From NCBI GenBank assembly GCA_963659735.1, contig CAVKUP010000002.1, positions 1 through 55,140 on the forward strand: a stretch of DNA of 55,140 nucleotides, in the 5' to 3' direction. Positions 28,448 through 38,241 of the stretch are shown here, piece by piece. The stretch's first letter is position 1, and each line of letters begins with the position of its first letter. A model generated the notes under the pieces. It saw only the letters and a program-made list of their open reading frames with translations. It ran no database searches and was not told where the DNA came from. The DNA is from a bacterium. GTDB taxonomy: Bacteria; Bacillota_I; Bacilli_A; RF39; UBA660. The position numbers and the translations under genes were made by a program.

Positions 28448-30220
28448 TCATTCCTCCAATATAATTATTTTTCTAATATCATCTACTATATTTTCTTTAG
28501 TTATACCATTTTCTTTTAACAACTCATTAACATCATACTTATCATAAAAATCTTTTTTTATTCCATAATTTTTTACTTTTATGTTACTTTCGCCATAAAA
28601 TCTTGCTATTTTTTCACCAAATCCACCATCTAATATTCCATCTTCAAGTGTTATTACCACACTATGATTTTGTTTTAATTTTTCTAACAATTTTACATCT
28701 AACCCTGTAATATATCTTGGATTTATTAAAGTAGCATTTATATTTAATTTATTCGATATTTCTTTTTGAACATCTTCTCCCAATTGATAAAAATCTCCTA
28801 AAGCTAATATAGCTATTTTTTCGCCTTGTTTTTCTATTTTATATTTATTTAAATTACTATAATCTTTTTCTATTTCTCTATCATCTTTTATTATTCCATT
28901 GCAAGGAACACGCACTGCAACTGGATGATTATTTTGTTCAATACTCCAGTCTAACATTGCAAAATATTCTTCTTTTGAAGTAGGAGCTAAATAAACCATA
29001 TTAGGTATATTAGAAATTAATGGTATATCAAATATTCCCAAATGAGTAACATCATTCATTCCAAATACAGATGCTGTGTTTACTATAATTGTTGCGGGAT
29101 TGTTATTTATGCATAAATCTTGAGATAATTGATCATACGTTCTTTGCATAAAACTAGAATGTGTTGCAAATACAGGCTTTCCACCATTTGCAGCGATTCC
29201 AGATGCCATTGCAATACCATGTTCTTCCGCGATTCCTACATCGACAAATTGATTTCCTGCAATATTCCTTTTTTCTTTTGTAAATCCAATATTTTTAGGA
29301 ACTCCAGCAACTATTGTTACTACCTTTTCATCTTTCTTCATCTTTTCTAATAAATAATTTGCCGTTAACTTTCCATAATCTTCTCCATCAAAATTGAATT
29401 TTAGTTTTCCTGTTTCAATATCAAAAGGCATAGTATAGTGCCAATTTTCTTTATTTTTTTCAGCAAATTCATATCCCTTACCTTTTTGGGTATTTATATG
29501 AACCACTATTGGATGAGCTATGTCTTTTACTTTTTTAAATGTATCTATTAGTTTTTCTATGTTATTACCTTCATCAACATACACATAATCTAATCCCATT
29601 GCTTTAAATAGGTTACATTTATTTGTTCCATTTGTTTCTCTAAGTTCTTTTAGATTTTTATATAATCCTCCATGATTTTCGGCAATTGACATATCATTAT
29701 CATTTACTACAATTATAAAATTAGTTTTTTGTTCACCAACAAAATCTAATCCTTCTAATGCCTCTCCACCACTTAAAGAACCATCACCAATAACTGCAAT
29801 TACATTATAATTTTCATTTTTTAAATCTCTTGCTTTAGCTAACCCAGATGCTAAACTTATTGACGTTGAAGTATGCCCTATTCTAAAAAAATCATGTCTA
29901 CTTTCATCTTGATCTGTATATCCTGTAACATCATTATACTTATTTTCATATATAAAAGCATCTTTTCTTCCAGTTAATATTTTGTGAGTATAGCTTTGAT
30001 GTGATACATCAAATACTATTTTATCTGTTGGTGAGTTAAATACATAATGCAAAGCAATTGTTGCCTCTACCATACCAAAATTAGGTCCAAAATGGCCCCC
30101 ATGAATACTTAGCTTTTTTAATAATATTTCTCTTATTTCTAAGCTCAATTTCTCTAGTTCTTCTTTCGATAAGCACTTTAAGTCTTTAGGCTCATTAATT
30201 TTATTCAATATTTCTAACAT
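28448..30220 (-). CDS. dxs: 1-deoxy-D-xylulose-5-phosphate synthase-like transketolase-family enzyme
   Basis: GGHFGPNFGMVEATIALHYVF, VSHQSYTHKILTGR, TPP motif IGDGSLSGGEALEGL. 590 aa. Confidence 0.8.
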   Translation of the reverse strand: MLEILNKINEPKDLKCLSKEELEKLSLEIREILLKKLSIHGGHFGPNFGMVEATIALHYVFNSPTDKIVFDVSHQSYTHKILTGRKDAFIYENKYNDVTGYTDQDESRHDFFRIGHTSTSISLASGLAKARDLKNENYNVIAVIGDGSLSGGEALEGLDFVGEQKTNFIIVVNDNDMSIAENHGGLYKNLKELRETNGTNKCNLFKAMGLDYVYVDEGNNIEKLIDTFKKVKDIAHPIVVHINTQKGKGYEFAEKNKENWHYTMPFDIETGKLKFNFDGEDYGKLTANYLLEKMKKDEKVVTIVAGVPKNIGFTKEKRNIAGNQFVDVGIAEEHGIAMASGIAANGGKPVFATHSSFMQRTYDQLSQDLCINNNPATIIVNTASVFGMNDVTHLGIFDIPLISNIPNMVYLAPTSKEEYFAMLDWSIEQNNHPVAVRVPCNGIIKDDREIEKDYSNLNKYKIEKQGEKIAILALGDFYQLGEDVQKEISNKLNINATLINPRYITGLDVKLLEKLKQNHSVVITLEDGILDGGFGEKIARFYGESNIKVKNYGIKKDFYDKYDVNELLKENGITKENIVDDIRKIIILEE

Positions 30221-30477
30221 TTCTATCCTCCCTTTTAATGTGAATTTATATTATTCTCTTATCACATATATTATATAACACTTAAAGTCAGCTCTAAGTC
30301 AATAGCCTTTATAAATTTTGTATAAAAAATTTTATTCTAAACTTTCTTTTTAATCTCACTACATTTTAAAAATTAGAACTTTCAAACACCTACTTTATTT
30401 AATTTCAATATGTGTTAAAATTAATGTATGAAATATTTTATAATTCTATCAACTAAATTATAACATTTATTTCACGC

Positions 30478-30508
30478 AAAAAGCAGCAAGTAAATTTGCT
30501 GCTTTTTA
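30478..30508. terminator. Bidirectional Rho-independent terminator
   Basis: aaaAGCAGCAAgtaaatTTGCTGCTtttt, with an A-run and a T-run on either side. Lies downstream of the 362-aa gene. Confidence 0.55.
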
Positions 30509-30613
30509 ATATCAAGTTTTCACAAAAATTAAATGTTTTTTATTGTTGTTTTTTTCGAATTTTTTATATTATCATTTGTTATTATAGAAATTTAAAATTT
30601 AAATATTTTTAAT

Positions 30614-31702
30614 TTAAGCCACTAGCCGGTATGGAACATTGGCCGTTCCTTTACCTTTTAGATTAATGTCAGAGGATAAGTAAAATACTGGAAGTGTACT
30701 AATAGTTTCCAAAGGTGTGAAAACTTCGAATTTGCCATCATAGCTAATATGATACACGTGACAATTAAAATAATAAGAATTTGGTGAAATTGTTAATAAC
30801 CAATTAAAGTTAATAGAATTAAATATCCAATTGGTTGCTTTACATGTGGTATAATTTGTATTGTTTAGACTAAATGAACCACACTGCTCTACATTTGTAT
30901 TTGTTTTTATGTAATCGCTTATTGTCATTAATCCTATTTTCCCTTTCCATTTATATGTTTGTTCTTGAGCTACTGTATTTGCTAGATTTGTTTCACCCAT
31001 TTGAACTAATCCTACATTAAATATATGATTTGTTATTTTATTTTGAACATCTGTAGACAATGTATTTAACCATGTACTATTTAAATATGTATTCATATAT
31101 GCCTCTTTTTCTGGTAGATTATATAAGGTAGTTCCTTCTATTACTTTGGGCATTTGTGTTATATTGTTTCCTGATGAATCTAACATAGTTGTCCTGCTTC
31201 CCCATATGTTACAACCATAATATTCTGATTCAGTTCCATTATTTCGGTAACAATAATCTGTAGATATATTTGTGTATCTTGTTCCAGCAACAGAATTTCT
31301 ATCCGTAACTCCTGATATACTCGATATATATCCTAAATCAAAAGGAATTCCTACGACACCTCCATTTTTTATTACTTTGAGAGTTCCATCTGATTCTATG
31401 GATATTATTCTATATATATCATTGTCTAATTTTATATAATTATTAGGTGTTTTCCCTTTATATATGTACCTTCCCGTTTCTGTATCATCTACATATAATC
31501 CATCTCCAGAAGTTACCACGGTTTTAATTAAATCATTAATTTTCATTTCCTTCTGAACAATATTCCCTTTAGCTTTTAAAGTAATATTAGTTTGAAACGC
31601 AGCATATCCAACAGATAAAAATAGTACTAAAAAAATCGATAAAGTTGTAATTATTTTCTTTTGTCTCTTATCTTTTCTTTTTAATCTTCTTCTCATATTC
31701 AT
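30614..31702 (-). CDS. Membrane-anchored or secreted protein carrying the same Cys-rich C-terminal domain as the 487-aa prepilin
   Basis: Basic N-terminus plus one hydrophobic helix (KKIITTLSIFLVLFLSVGYAAFQTNITLKAKGNI), with no G-F-x-x-x-E prepilin motif. Residues ~60-362 align with residues ~190-487 of ORF 40960-42423, including an identical 44-aa block. Confidence 0.65.
   Translation of the reverse strand: MNMRRRLKRKDKRQKKIITTLSIFLVLFLSVGYAAFQTNITLKAKGNIVQKEMKINDLIKTVVTSGDGLYVDDTETGRYIYKGKTPNNYIKLDNDIYRIISIESDGTLKVIKNGGVVGIPFDLGYISSISGVTDRNSVAGTRYTNISTDYCYRNNGTESEYYGCNIWGSRTTMLDSSGNNITQMPKVIEGTTLYNLPEKEAYMNTYLNSTWLNTLSTDVQNKITNHIFNVGLVQMGETNLANTVAQEQTYKWKGKIGLMTISDYIKTNTNVEQCGSFSLNNTNYTTCKATNWIFNSINFNWLLTISPNSYYFNCHVYHISYDGKFEVFTPLETISTLPVFYLSSDINLKGKGTANVPYRLVA
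31158..31282. repeat. 125-bp block identical to 41522-41646
   Basis: Base-by-base comparison of gttatattgtttcctgatgaatc...gtgtatcttgt in both loci. The flanking sequence is much more diverged. Confidence 0.85.
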
Positions 31703-31712
31703 AACACCACCT

Positions 31713-31741
31713 GTATCAAAGATTATCTTATTCTTTGATAC
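31713..31741 (-). promoter_or_regulatory. 10-bp-stem hairpin abutting the RBS of the 362-aa gene; contains the left copy of a 15-bp inverted repeat
   Basis: GTATCAAAGA-9 nt-TCTTTGATAC sits immediately 5' of AGGTGG-n-ATG on the minus strand. Confidence 0.5.
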
Positions 31742-31867
31742 TCTAAAATTTTAATTTGCCTATATTTTACAAGAAAATCCTAAAATTAAAATTTCAATCT
31801 TTTATTCATTTTTTGGACATTCAGTATTTGCTTTTTTCCCTTATATTTGTTATGCTTAAAGCAAATT

Positions 31868-31906
31868 AAAAGATTCGTAGAATAAGATAATCTACGAAAT
31901 CTTTTT
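31868..31906 (-). terminator. Terminator after cadA; contains the right copy of the 15-bp inverted repeat
   Basis: AGATTCGTAGA/TCTACGAAATCT stem with T-runs on both strands. Confidence 0.55.
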
Positions 31907-31933
31907 ACATCAAATTTACAAAAATTATATTTT

Positions 31934-33742
31934 TTATGAATCAAATTTGTATTTCAATATTCTTAAAGCATTAAATATAGCCAATATAGTAACACCCACA
32001 TCAGCAAATACAGCTGACCACATGCTGGCAAACCCTAAAGCTGATAAAATCAAAATACAAACTTTAACTGTTATTGCAAATATTATATTTTCTTTAACAA
32101 TTTGCATTGTTTTTTTTGATATCTTAATTGATGAAGCTATTTTAGAAACCTCATCTGTCATAATTACAATATCACTAGCTTCTACTGCAGCATCACTTCC
32201 TAATCCTCCCATAGCAACACCAATATCAGATAAAGCTAAAACTGGAGCATCATTTATTCCATCACCTACAAATAATAATTTACCATTTATAGATTTCATT
32301 AATTTTTCTACATAAGACACTTTATCTGCAGGAAGAAGATTAGAATGATATTCGTCTAATTTAAGTTTAAAGGCCACATCTTTACTTATATTTTCATGAT
32401 CTCCTGTTAACATAACAATTTTAATATTACCTTCTTTTAATGATTCTACTGCTTTATATGAATCCTTTTTAATTTTATCTGAAATTAATATATCTCCAGC
32501 ATATTTACCATCTATAGCTATATATAAATTAGTTCCTATTTTTTCATTTTGTTTATATTCAATATTATTTTCTTTCATGAATTTTTCATTACCTACTAAT
32601 ATCCTTTTACTATCAACTATGGCTTCAACACCTTTTCCAGATATTTCTTTAAAGTTTAAAATTAATTTTTCATTTATTTTTTCTTTATAAGCTTTTTTTA
32701 ATGAAAGAGAAATTGGATGATTAGAATAGTATTCCGCATATGCGGCATATTTTAAAATATTATTTGATGATATATCATTAATTTCTTGAACTTCAAACAC
32801 TCCTTCAGTAAGGGTTCCTGTTTTATCACAAACTACAGTATCTACTTTAGATAAAGTTTCTAAATAATTACTGCCTTTAATTAAAACACCTATTTTAGAA
32901 GCCGCACCTAATCCACCAAAAAATGACAAAGGAACAGAAATAACCAAAGCACAAGGACAAGAAACAACTAAAAATGATAAAGCTCTATAAATCCACACAT
33001 TAAAAGATTCATTAAAAAATAAAGGTGGTATAAGTCCTAAAAGAAAAGCTAAAAACACAACAATTGGTGTATAATATTTAGAAAATTTACTAATAAAATT
33101 CTCAGACTTAGATTTTCTATTACTTGCATTTTCAACCAAATCTAAAATTTTACTGGCAGTAGATTCAAAAAATTTTTTATTTACTTTAATTTTTAAGACA
33201 CTACTATTATTAATGCATCCACTTAAAACTTCATCGTTTTTTTCTACCTTTCTAAAAACAGACTCACCTGTTAAGGCTAAAGTGTTTAAATAAGAACTTC
33301 CTTCTATAACAGTACCATCTAAAGGAATTTTTTCACCTGGTTTAACAATAATAACTTCATTAAGTAAAACTTCATTAGGATCTACTTTTATAACTTTATT
33401 ATTCCTATAAACATTCGCATAATCAGGTCTTATATCCATAACAGAAGAAATAGCTTTTCTAGATTTATCGCTCGCATAATCTTCAAACAATTCACCAATT
33501 TTATATAAAATCATAACAAATGTAGCTTCAGGATATTCTTTTATACAAAAAGCACCAATAGTGGCAATAAGCATTAAAAAATTCTCATCAAAAATATCAC
33601 CTTTTAAAATATTTTTAAATGCTTTAAAAATAACTTCATATCCCGAAATAATATAAGCAATAAAATATAAAAAATCAATTTTAAATATATACGCAAGTAA
33701 AACTAAGAAAGAAGATATAATTATTTTAATTAAATCATTCAT
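31934..33742 (-). CDS. cadA: Heavy-metal (Cd/Zn/Co-type) P1B-type ATPase
   Basis: CPC motif (VVSCPCALVISVP), DKTGTLT phosphorylation site, GDGINDAP hinge. 602 aa with no N-terminal HMA domain. Confidence 0.9.
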   Translation of the reverse strand: MNDLIKIIISSFLVLLAYIFKIDFLYFIAYIISGYEVIFKAFKNILKGDIFDENFLMLIATIGAFCIKEYPEATFVMILYKIGELFEDYASDKSRKAISSVMDIRPDYANVYRNNKVIKVDPNEVLLNEVIIVKPGEKIPLDGTVIEGSSYLNTLALTGESVFRKVEKNDEVLSGCINNSSVLKIKVNKKFFESTASKILDLVENASNRKSKSENFISKFSKYYTPIVVFLAFLLGLIPPLFFNESFNVWIYRALSFLVVSCPCALVISVPLSFFGGLGAASKIGVLIKGSNYLETLSKVDTVVCDKTGTLTEGVFEVQEINDISSNNILKYAAYAEYYSNHPISLSLKKAYKEKINEKLILNFKEISGKGVEAIVDSKRILVGNEKFMKENNIEYKQNEKIGTNLYIAIDGKYAGDILISDKIKKDSYKAVESLKEGNIKIVMLTGDHENISKDVAFKLKLDEYHSNLLPADKVSYVEKLMKSINGKLLFVGDGINDAPVLALSDIGVAMGGLGSDAAVEASDIVIMTDEVSKIASSIKISKKTMQIVKENIIFAITVKVCILILSALGFASMWSAVFADVGVTILAIFNALRILKYKFDS

Positions 33743-34109
33743 CTAAATCAGCTCCTTTATGGTTAATATGCTTTAAACCTATTTCAAATAATTTAACTAT
33801 GTGATCATCATCTAAAGTATAGTAAACTTCTTTACCATCTTTTCTACATTTAACAATATCATTTTTTCTTAAAATAGCTAATTGATGAGAAACCCTTGAT
33901 TTAGTCATATTTAATACATTTGCTAAATCACAAACACACATTTCATCTTGATCTAATGCAAATAATATTCTACACCTTGTAGTATCACCTATTAATTTAA
34001 ATAATTCGGCTAATTTATTCATTATGTTTTCATTAGGCATTTTTTTCAAAACATCATCTACTTTATCTTGATGAATTACATTACAATCACAAAAAAATTT
34101 ATTATTCAT
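33735..34109 (-). CDS. cadC: ArsR/SmtB-family metalloregulator (CadC-like)
   Basis: MCVCDLANVLNMTKSRVSHQLAILRKNDIV wHTH. I prefer the ATG at 34109 (MNNKFFCDCN) behind AGGAGG. It overlaps the cadA start by 8 nt. Confidence 0.85.
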   Translation of the reverse strand: MNNKFFCDCNVIHQDKVDDVLKKMPNENIMNKLAELFKLIGDTTRCRILFALDQDEMCVCDLANVLNMTKSRVSHQLAILRKNDIVKCRKDGKEVYYTLDDDHIVKLFEIGLKHINHKGADLDE

Positions 34110-34141
34110 CAGTAACCTCCTAAAATTATTATATGTAACAG

Positions 34142-34185
34142 TTGAATAACCATTCAATTAAATTATAGTTGAATAATCGTTCAAC
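34142..34185. promoter_or_regulatory. Two tandem palindromic operator-like sites upstream of cadC-cadA
   Basis: TTGAATAACCATTCAA (34142-34157) and GTTGAATAATCGTTCAAC (34168-34185). These are TGAA..TTCA-type dyads as used by ArsR/SmtB repressors. Confidence 0.5.
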
Positions 34186-34319
34186 TGTCAATAAATAATG
34201 TGGATTTTTTGAGTAAATTATAAAAATAACTAATATACTTTATACTTGTTATACACTAATTCTAATGATAATATGTTTTGTAGTTATTTAATTATAAATA
34301 ACATAAAATTAATTAGGAG

Positions 34320-35696
34320 TTGATTAAATTGTTTAAATATGAAACAAATTCAAAATTAATAAAAAAAGGTCAAACCTTTGTCGCAATCAAAGGTTATACA
34401 GTAGACGGACATGATTATATAAAAAATGCCGTTGAAAATGGAGCAAGTGAAATAATTGCAGAAAAAAATGTAGACTGTGGTGTCCCAGTTACCGTAGTTA
34501 AAAATTCAGCTGAATACTATCAAAACTTATTAGTTAAAGAATATAAAGATGAATTTAAAGATTTAAAATTAATTGGAATTACTGGTACTAATGGTAAAAC
34601 AACAAGTGCTTATTTAACTTATCAAATGCTTAATTTACTTGGTAAAAAAACCGCATACATCGGTACAATTGGTTTTATATGTGATAATAATGTAAGAAAC
34701 TTACCAAACACATCGCCAGAAATTTTAACAACATATAAACTACTTATGGAAGCTAAAGAGAAAAATTGTGAATATGTTGTTATGGAAGTAAGTAATTTTG
34801 CCTTAGAACTTAAAAGATGTGAAGGATTAAAATTTGATTGTGCATCATTTACAAACTTAACAGAAGATCATCTTGATTATCACAAAACAATGGAAAATTA
34901 TATGAATGCGAAATTAAAATTAACTGATTATGTTAAAGGTGTTTTAACTGTTAATATTGATGATGAAGTAAGTAAAAAATTTATAGAAAAATATAAAAAT
35001 ACAAAAACTTATGGATATAATAAATCTGATTTTCAAATATTAAATGATGATATTTATCCAGATCATACTGATATAGATTTTAAAATAAATAACAAAAATT
35101 ATAAAGTAACAACAAATCTAACAAGTAAATTCAATGTATATAATTACTTTACAATGTTTTCAATCATTTATGAGTTAGGTTTTAACCCAAATGAAATAAT
35201 AGAAAAAACAAAACAATTAAAAGCCCCAAAAGGAAGATGTGAAACATATAAAGTTAAAAATGGATTTGCTGTTATTGATTATGCCCATACACCTGATGCC
35301 GTTTTAAAAGTTGTTACTGCATATAAAGAACTTTCAAAAGGTAAAGTAATTACCTTAGTTGGTTGTGGTGGTGATAGAGATCCTATTAAAAGACCAATAA
35401 TGGGACAAATAGCCTCAAACTATAGTGATTATGTTATATTTACAAATGATAACCCAAGAACCGAAAATCCAGAAAAAATTATGGAAGATATTTTAAAAGG
35501 TGTTAAAAAAACAAACTATGAAGTTTGTTTAGATAGAAAGCAAGCTATTATAAAAGCCTTAAATATGATAAAAGAAAATGACATTGTATTATTACTTGGT
35601 AAAGGTCATGAAGACTATCAAATTATAGGACATAATAAAATTCATTTAGATGATTGTGAAGAAGTAAAAAAATATATAGAAAAAACTGAAAATTAA
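34320..35696 (+). CDS. murE: UDP-N-acetylmuramoyl-L-alanyl-D-glutamate--2,6-diaminopimelate ligase
   Basis: GITGTNGKTT P-loop. The DNPR motif (FTNDNPRTENP) suggests meso-DAP specificity. TTG start after AGGAG. Confidence 0.88.
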   Translation: MIKLFKYETNSKLIKKGQTFVAIKGYTVDGHDYIKNAVENGASEIIAEKNVDCGVPVTVVKNSAEYYQNLLVKEYKDEFKDLKLIGITGTNGKTTSAYLTYQMLNLLGKKTAYIGTIGFICDNNVRNLPNTSPEILTTYKLLMEAKEKNCEYVVMEVSNFALELKRCEGLKFDCASFTNLTEDHLDYHKTMENYMNAKLKLTDYVKGVLTVNIDDEVSKKFIEKYKNTKTYGYNKSDFQILNDDIYPDHTDIDFKINNKNYKVTTNLTSKFNVYNYFTMFSIIYELGFNPNEIIEKTKQLKAPKGRCETYKVKNGFAVIDYAHTPDAVLKVVTAYKELSKGKVITLVGCGGDRDPIKRPIMGQIASNYSDYVIFTNDNPRTENPEKIMEDILKGVKKTNYEVCLDRKQAIIKALNMIKENDIVLLLGKGHEDYQIIGHNKIHLDDCEEVKKYIEKTEN

Positions 35697-38218
35697 TCAG
35701 TTTTTTTTAGTTTATATAATATATTTAAAGCCTCTATTGGCGTTACAGAAAGAGGATCTATTTTATCTAACACCTCTTCTACCCTAGATTTTTTAGGTAT
35801 TAAATCGTCTAATGGTAAAGCCTCTTGAATTTTTAAATCTCTTTTATTTTCTTTATTTTCATAAACTTTTAATATATCATCAGCTCTTTCAATAACTGAA
35901 GTTGGAAGATTTGCTAATCTAGCAACATGAATACCATAACTTTTATCAACACTTCCATCTTTAATCTTATGTAAAAAAGTAATTTTCCCATTCTCTTCAT
36001 ATGCACTTACATGAATGTTTTTTAAATGATTTAATGTTTTATCTAAATCAGTTAGTTCATGATAATGAGTTGAAAAAAATGTTTTACCATTAATATTTTG
36101 ATGAATATATTCTAATATTGCTTGAGCTAAAGCCATTCCATCAAAAGTAGCAGTACCTCTACCTAATTCATCAAATAAAATTAAACTCCTATCGGTTGCA
36201 TTTAAAATAGCATCAGCTGCTTCTTTCATCTCAACCATAAATGTAGACTCACCACTTACTAAATCATCAGAAGCACCAATTCTTGTATAAATTGCATCAA
36301 ATATAGGTAATCTAGCTTCACTTGCAGGAACAAAACATCCAATTTGTGCCATTATAGCAATAATTGCCATTTGTCTCATATAAGTTGATTTACCAGCCAT
36401 ATTAGGACCCGTTATTAATAATATATTAGTATCTTTATCCATAATAATATCATTACTAACAAATTCTTTTGAAATTACTTTTTCAACTACAGGATGTCTT
36501 GCATCTTTAATGTAAAGCTCATTTTCAGTAATCTCTGGCCTTACATAATTATTTACCTCTGATATAGTCGCAAAAGAAGTTAAAACATCAATTTCACTTA
36601 TTATCCTCGCACTATTTTGTAATTTAGGAATATATTTTTTAACCTCATCTTTAATTTTAATAAATAACTCATACTCTAAATTAATTATCTTCTCTTCCGC
36701 ATTCAATATTAAAGCTTCTTTTTCCTTTAAAATAGGACTTATATATCTTTCACAGTTTGCTAAAGTCTGTTTTCTTTGATAACCCCATTCATCTTTAACT
36801 AAATTAATATTTCCCTTACTAATTTCAATATAATATCCAAAGACCTTATTATAAGCAACCTTTAAATTCTTAATGCCAGTTTTTTCTCTTTCTTCCCTTT
36901 CAAATCTAGCAATAAAATCTTTACCACCTTTTCTTAAATCTTTAAGTTCATCTAACTGCTTATTATACCCGTCTTTAATTAAATATCCTTCCCTTATCGT
37001 AACTGGAGGATTTTCATAAATACTAATTTCTAATAAATCATATAAATCATTAAAATCATCCAATTTATTATAATTTAATTTTTCTAATATTTCATTTATT
37101 AAAGGAAATACCTTTAAAGAGGCTTTCAACTGTAACAAATCCTTGCCATTAACATTTCCAAAAGCAATCTTGCCACTTAATCTTTCCAAATCATAAACTT
37201 CATCTAATAACTTTTCTAAATCACTTTTTAAAATAAACTCTTTTAATAAAACATCAACCATATCATATCTTTTTTCAATTTTATCTTTATCAATTAAAGG
37301 ATTTAAAACATAATTTTTTAACCTTCTCGCACCCATAGCTGTTTTAGTTTTATCTAAAAGCCAAATTAAAGAATAATTTCTTTGTTTCAACCTTAAAGTT
37401 TCAATTAATTCTAAATTTCTTTTAGTATGAACATCCATCTTTAAATGATCTTTAAATTCCCTTATTTGAACAGTTTGAAGATGATCTAAACTTCTTTTTT
37501 GATTATGGATAATATAAGCAAGTAAATGTTTAATTGAAATAATATATCTTTGATCAATAATATCTTTATAAATATATGAATATTCATCAGTAACCTCATC
37601 AGTAATAGTTATAGTTAAATGAAATTGTTCTTTTAAAATAGAGTAAATATTTTTATCAACCTTACTATCTAAAATAACCTCTTTCACATTTAAATTAATA
37701 ATTTCAGAAATAACATTAGAACTATTATGAGGTAGTAAAAATGTATAAATCTCACCAGTAGAAACATCCGCATAACTTATAGAATAACCATGTTTAAAAT
37801 CACATAAAGAAAGAATATAATTAAAATCATTAGCCTTTATATTATCTACTTCCATATTTGTACCACTACTAACAATTTGAACAATACCTCTTTTTACAAT
37901 ACCTTTTGTATTTTTAGGATCCTCTAATTGTTCTACTATACCAATCTTATGACCACCTTCAATTAATTTGTCAATATATCCACTAGCCGCATGATAAGGA
38001 ATACCACACATTGGAATACGTTCCTCTAACCCTGCAGACTTACCAGTTAAAGTAAGTTCTAACTCATGGCTTACCTTAATCGCATCATCAAAAAACATCT
38101 CATAAAAATCGCCTAATCTAAAGAAAATAATTAAATCCTCATTTTCATTTTTTATCTCTAAATATTGTCTCATCATAGGCGTTACTTTACTTATATCTAC
38201 ACTTTTTCTGTCCATCAA
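35693..38218 (-). CDS. mutS: DNA mismatch repair protein MutS
   Basis: TPMMRQYLEIK N-terminus, Walker A GPNMAGKSTYMRQ, 841 aa. Confidence 0.95.
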   Translation of the reverse strand: MMDRKSVDISKVTPMMRQYLEIKNENEDLIIFFRLGDFYEMFFDDAIKVSHELELTLTGKSAGLEERIPMCGIPYHAASGYIDKLIEGGHKIGIVEQLEDPKNTKGIVKRGIVQIVSSGTNMEVDNIKANDFNYILSLCDFKHGYSISYADVSTGEIYTFLLPHNSSNVISEIINLNVKEVILDSKVDKNIYSILKEQFHLTITITDEVTDEYSYIYKDIIDQRYIISIKHLLAYIIHNQKRSLDHLQTVQIREFKDHLKMDVHTKRNLELIETLRLKQRNYSLIWLLDKTKTAMGARRLKNYVLNPLIDKDKIEKRYDMVDVLLKEFILKSDLEKLLDEVYDLERLSGKIAFGNVNGKDLLQLKASLKVFPLINEILEKLNYNKLDDFNDLYDLLEISIYENPPVTIREGYLIKDGYNKQLDELKDLRKGGKDFIARFEREEREKTGIKNLKVAYNKVFGYYIEISKGNINLVKDEWGYQRKQTLANCERYISPILKEKEALILNAEEKIINLEYELFIKIKDEVKKYIPKLQNSARIISEIDVLTSFATISEVNNYVRPEITENELYIKDARHPVVEKVISKEFVSNDIIMDKDTNILLITGPNMAGKSTYMRQMAIIAIMAQIGCFVPASEARLPIFDAIYTRIGASDDLVSGESTFMVEMKEAADAILNATDRSLILFDELGRGTATFDGMALAQAILEYIHQNINGKTFFSTHYHELTDLDKTLNHLKNIHVSAYEENGKITFLHKIKDGSVDKSYGIHVARLANLPTSVIERADDILKVYENKENKRDLKIQEALPLDDLIPKKSRVEEVLDKIDPLSVTPIEALNILYKLKKTD

Positions 38219-38241
38219 ATCACCTTCTGGTATTATACCAC

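Noticed and set aside
30221-30480. Searched upstream of dxs for a TPP riboswitch or other leader.
   Set aside because: The region is uniformly AT-rich with no CTGAGA/ACCTGA-type TPP core and no stable conserved-looking structure.
33735-34157. 140-codon version of cadC from the ORF track.
   Set aside because: The internal ATG at 34109 has a perfect AGGAGG RBS. The extra 16 codons overlap the predicted operator dyads and add a non-family N-terminus.
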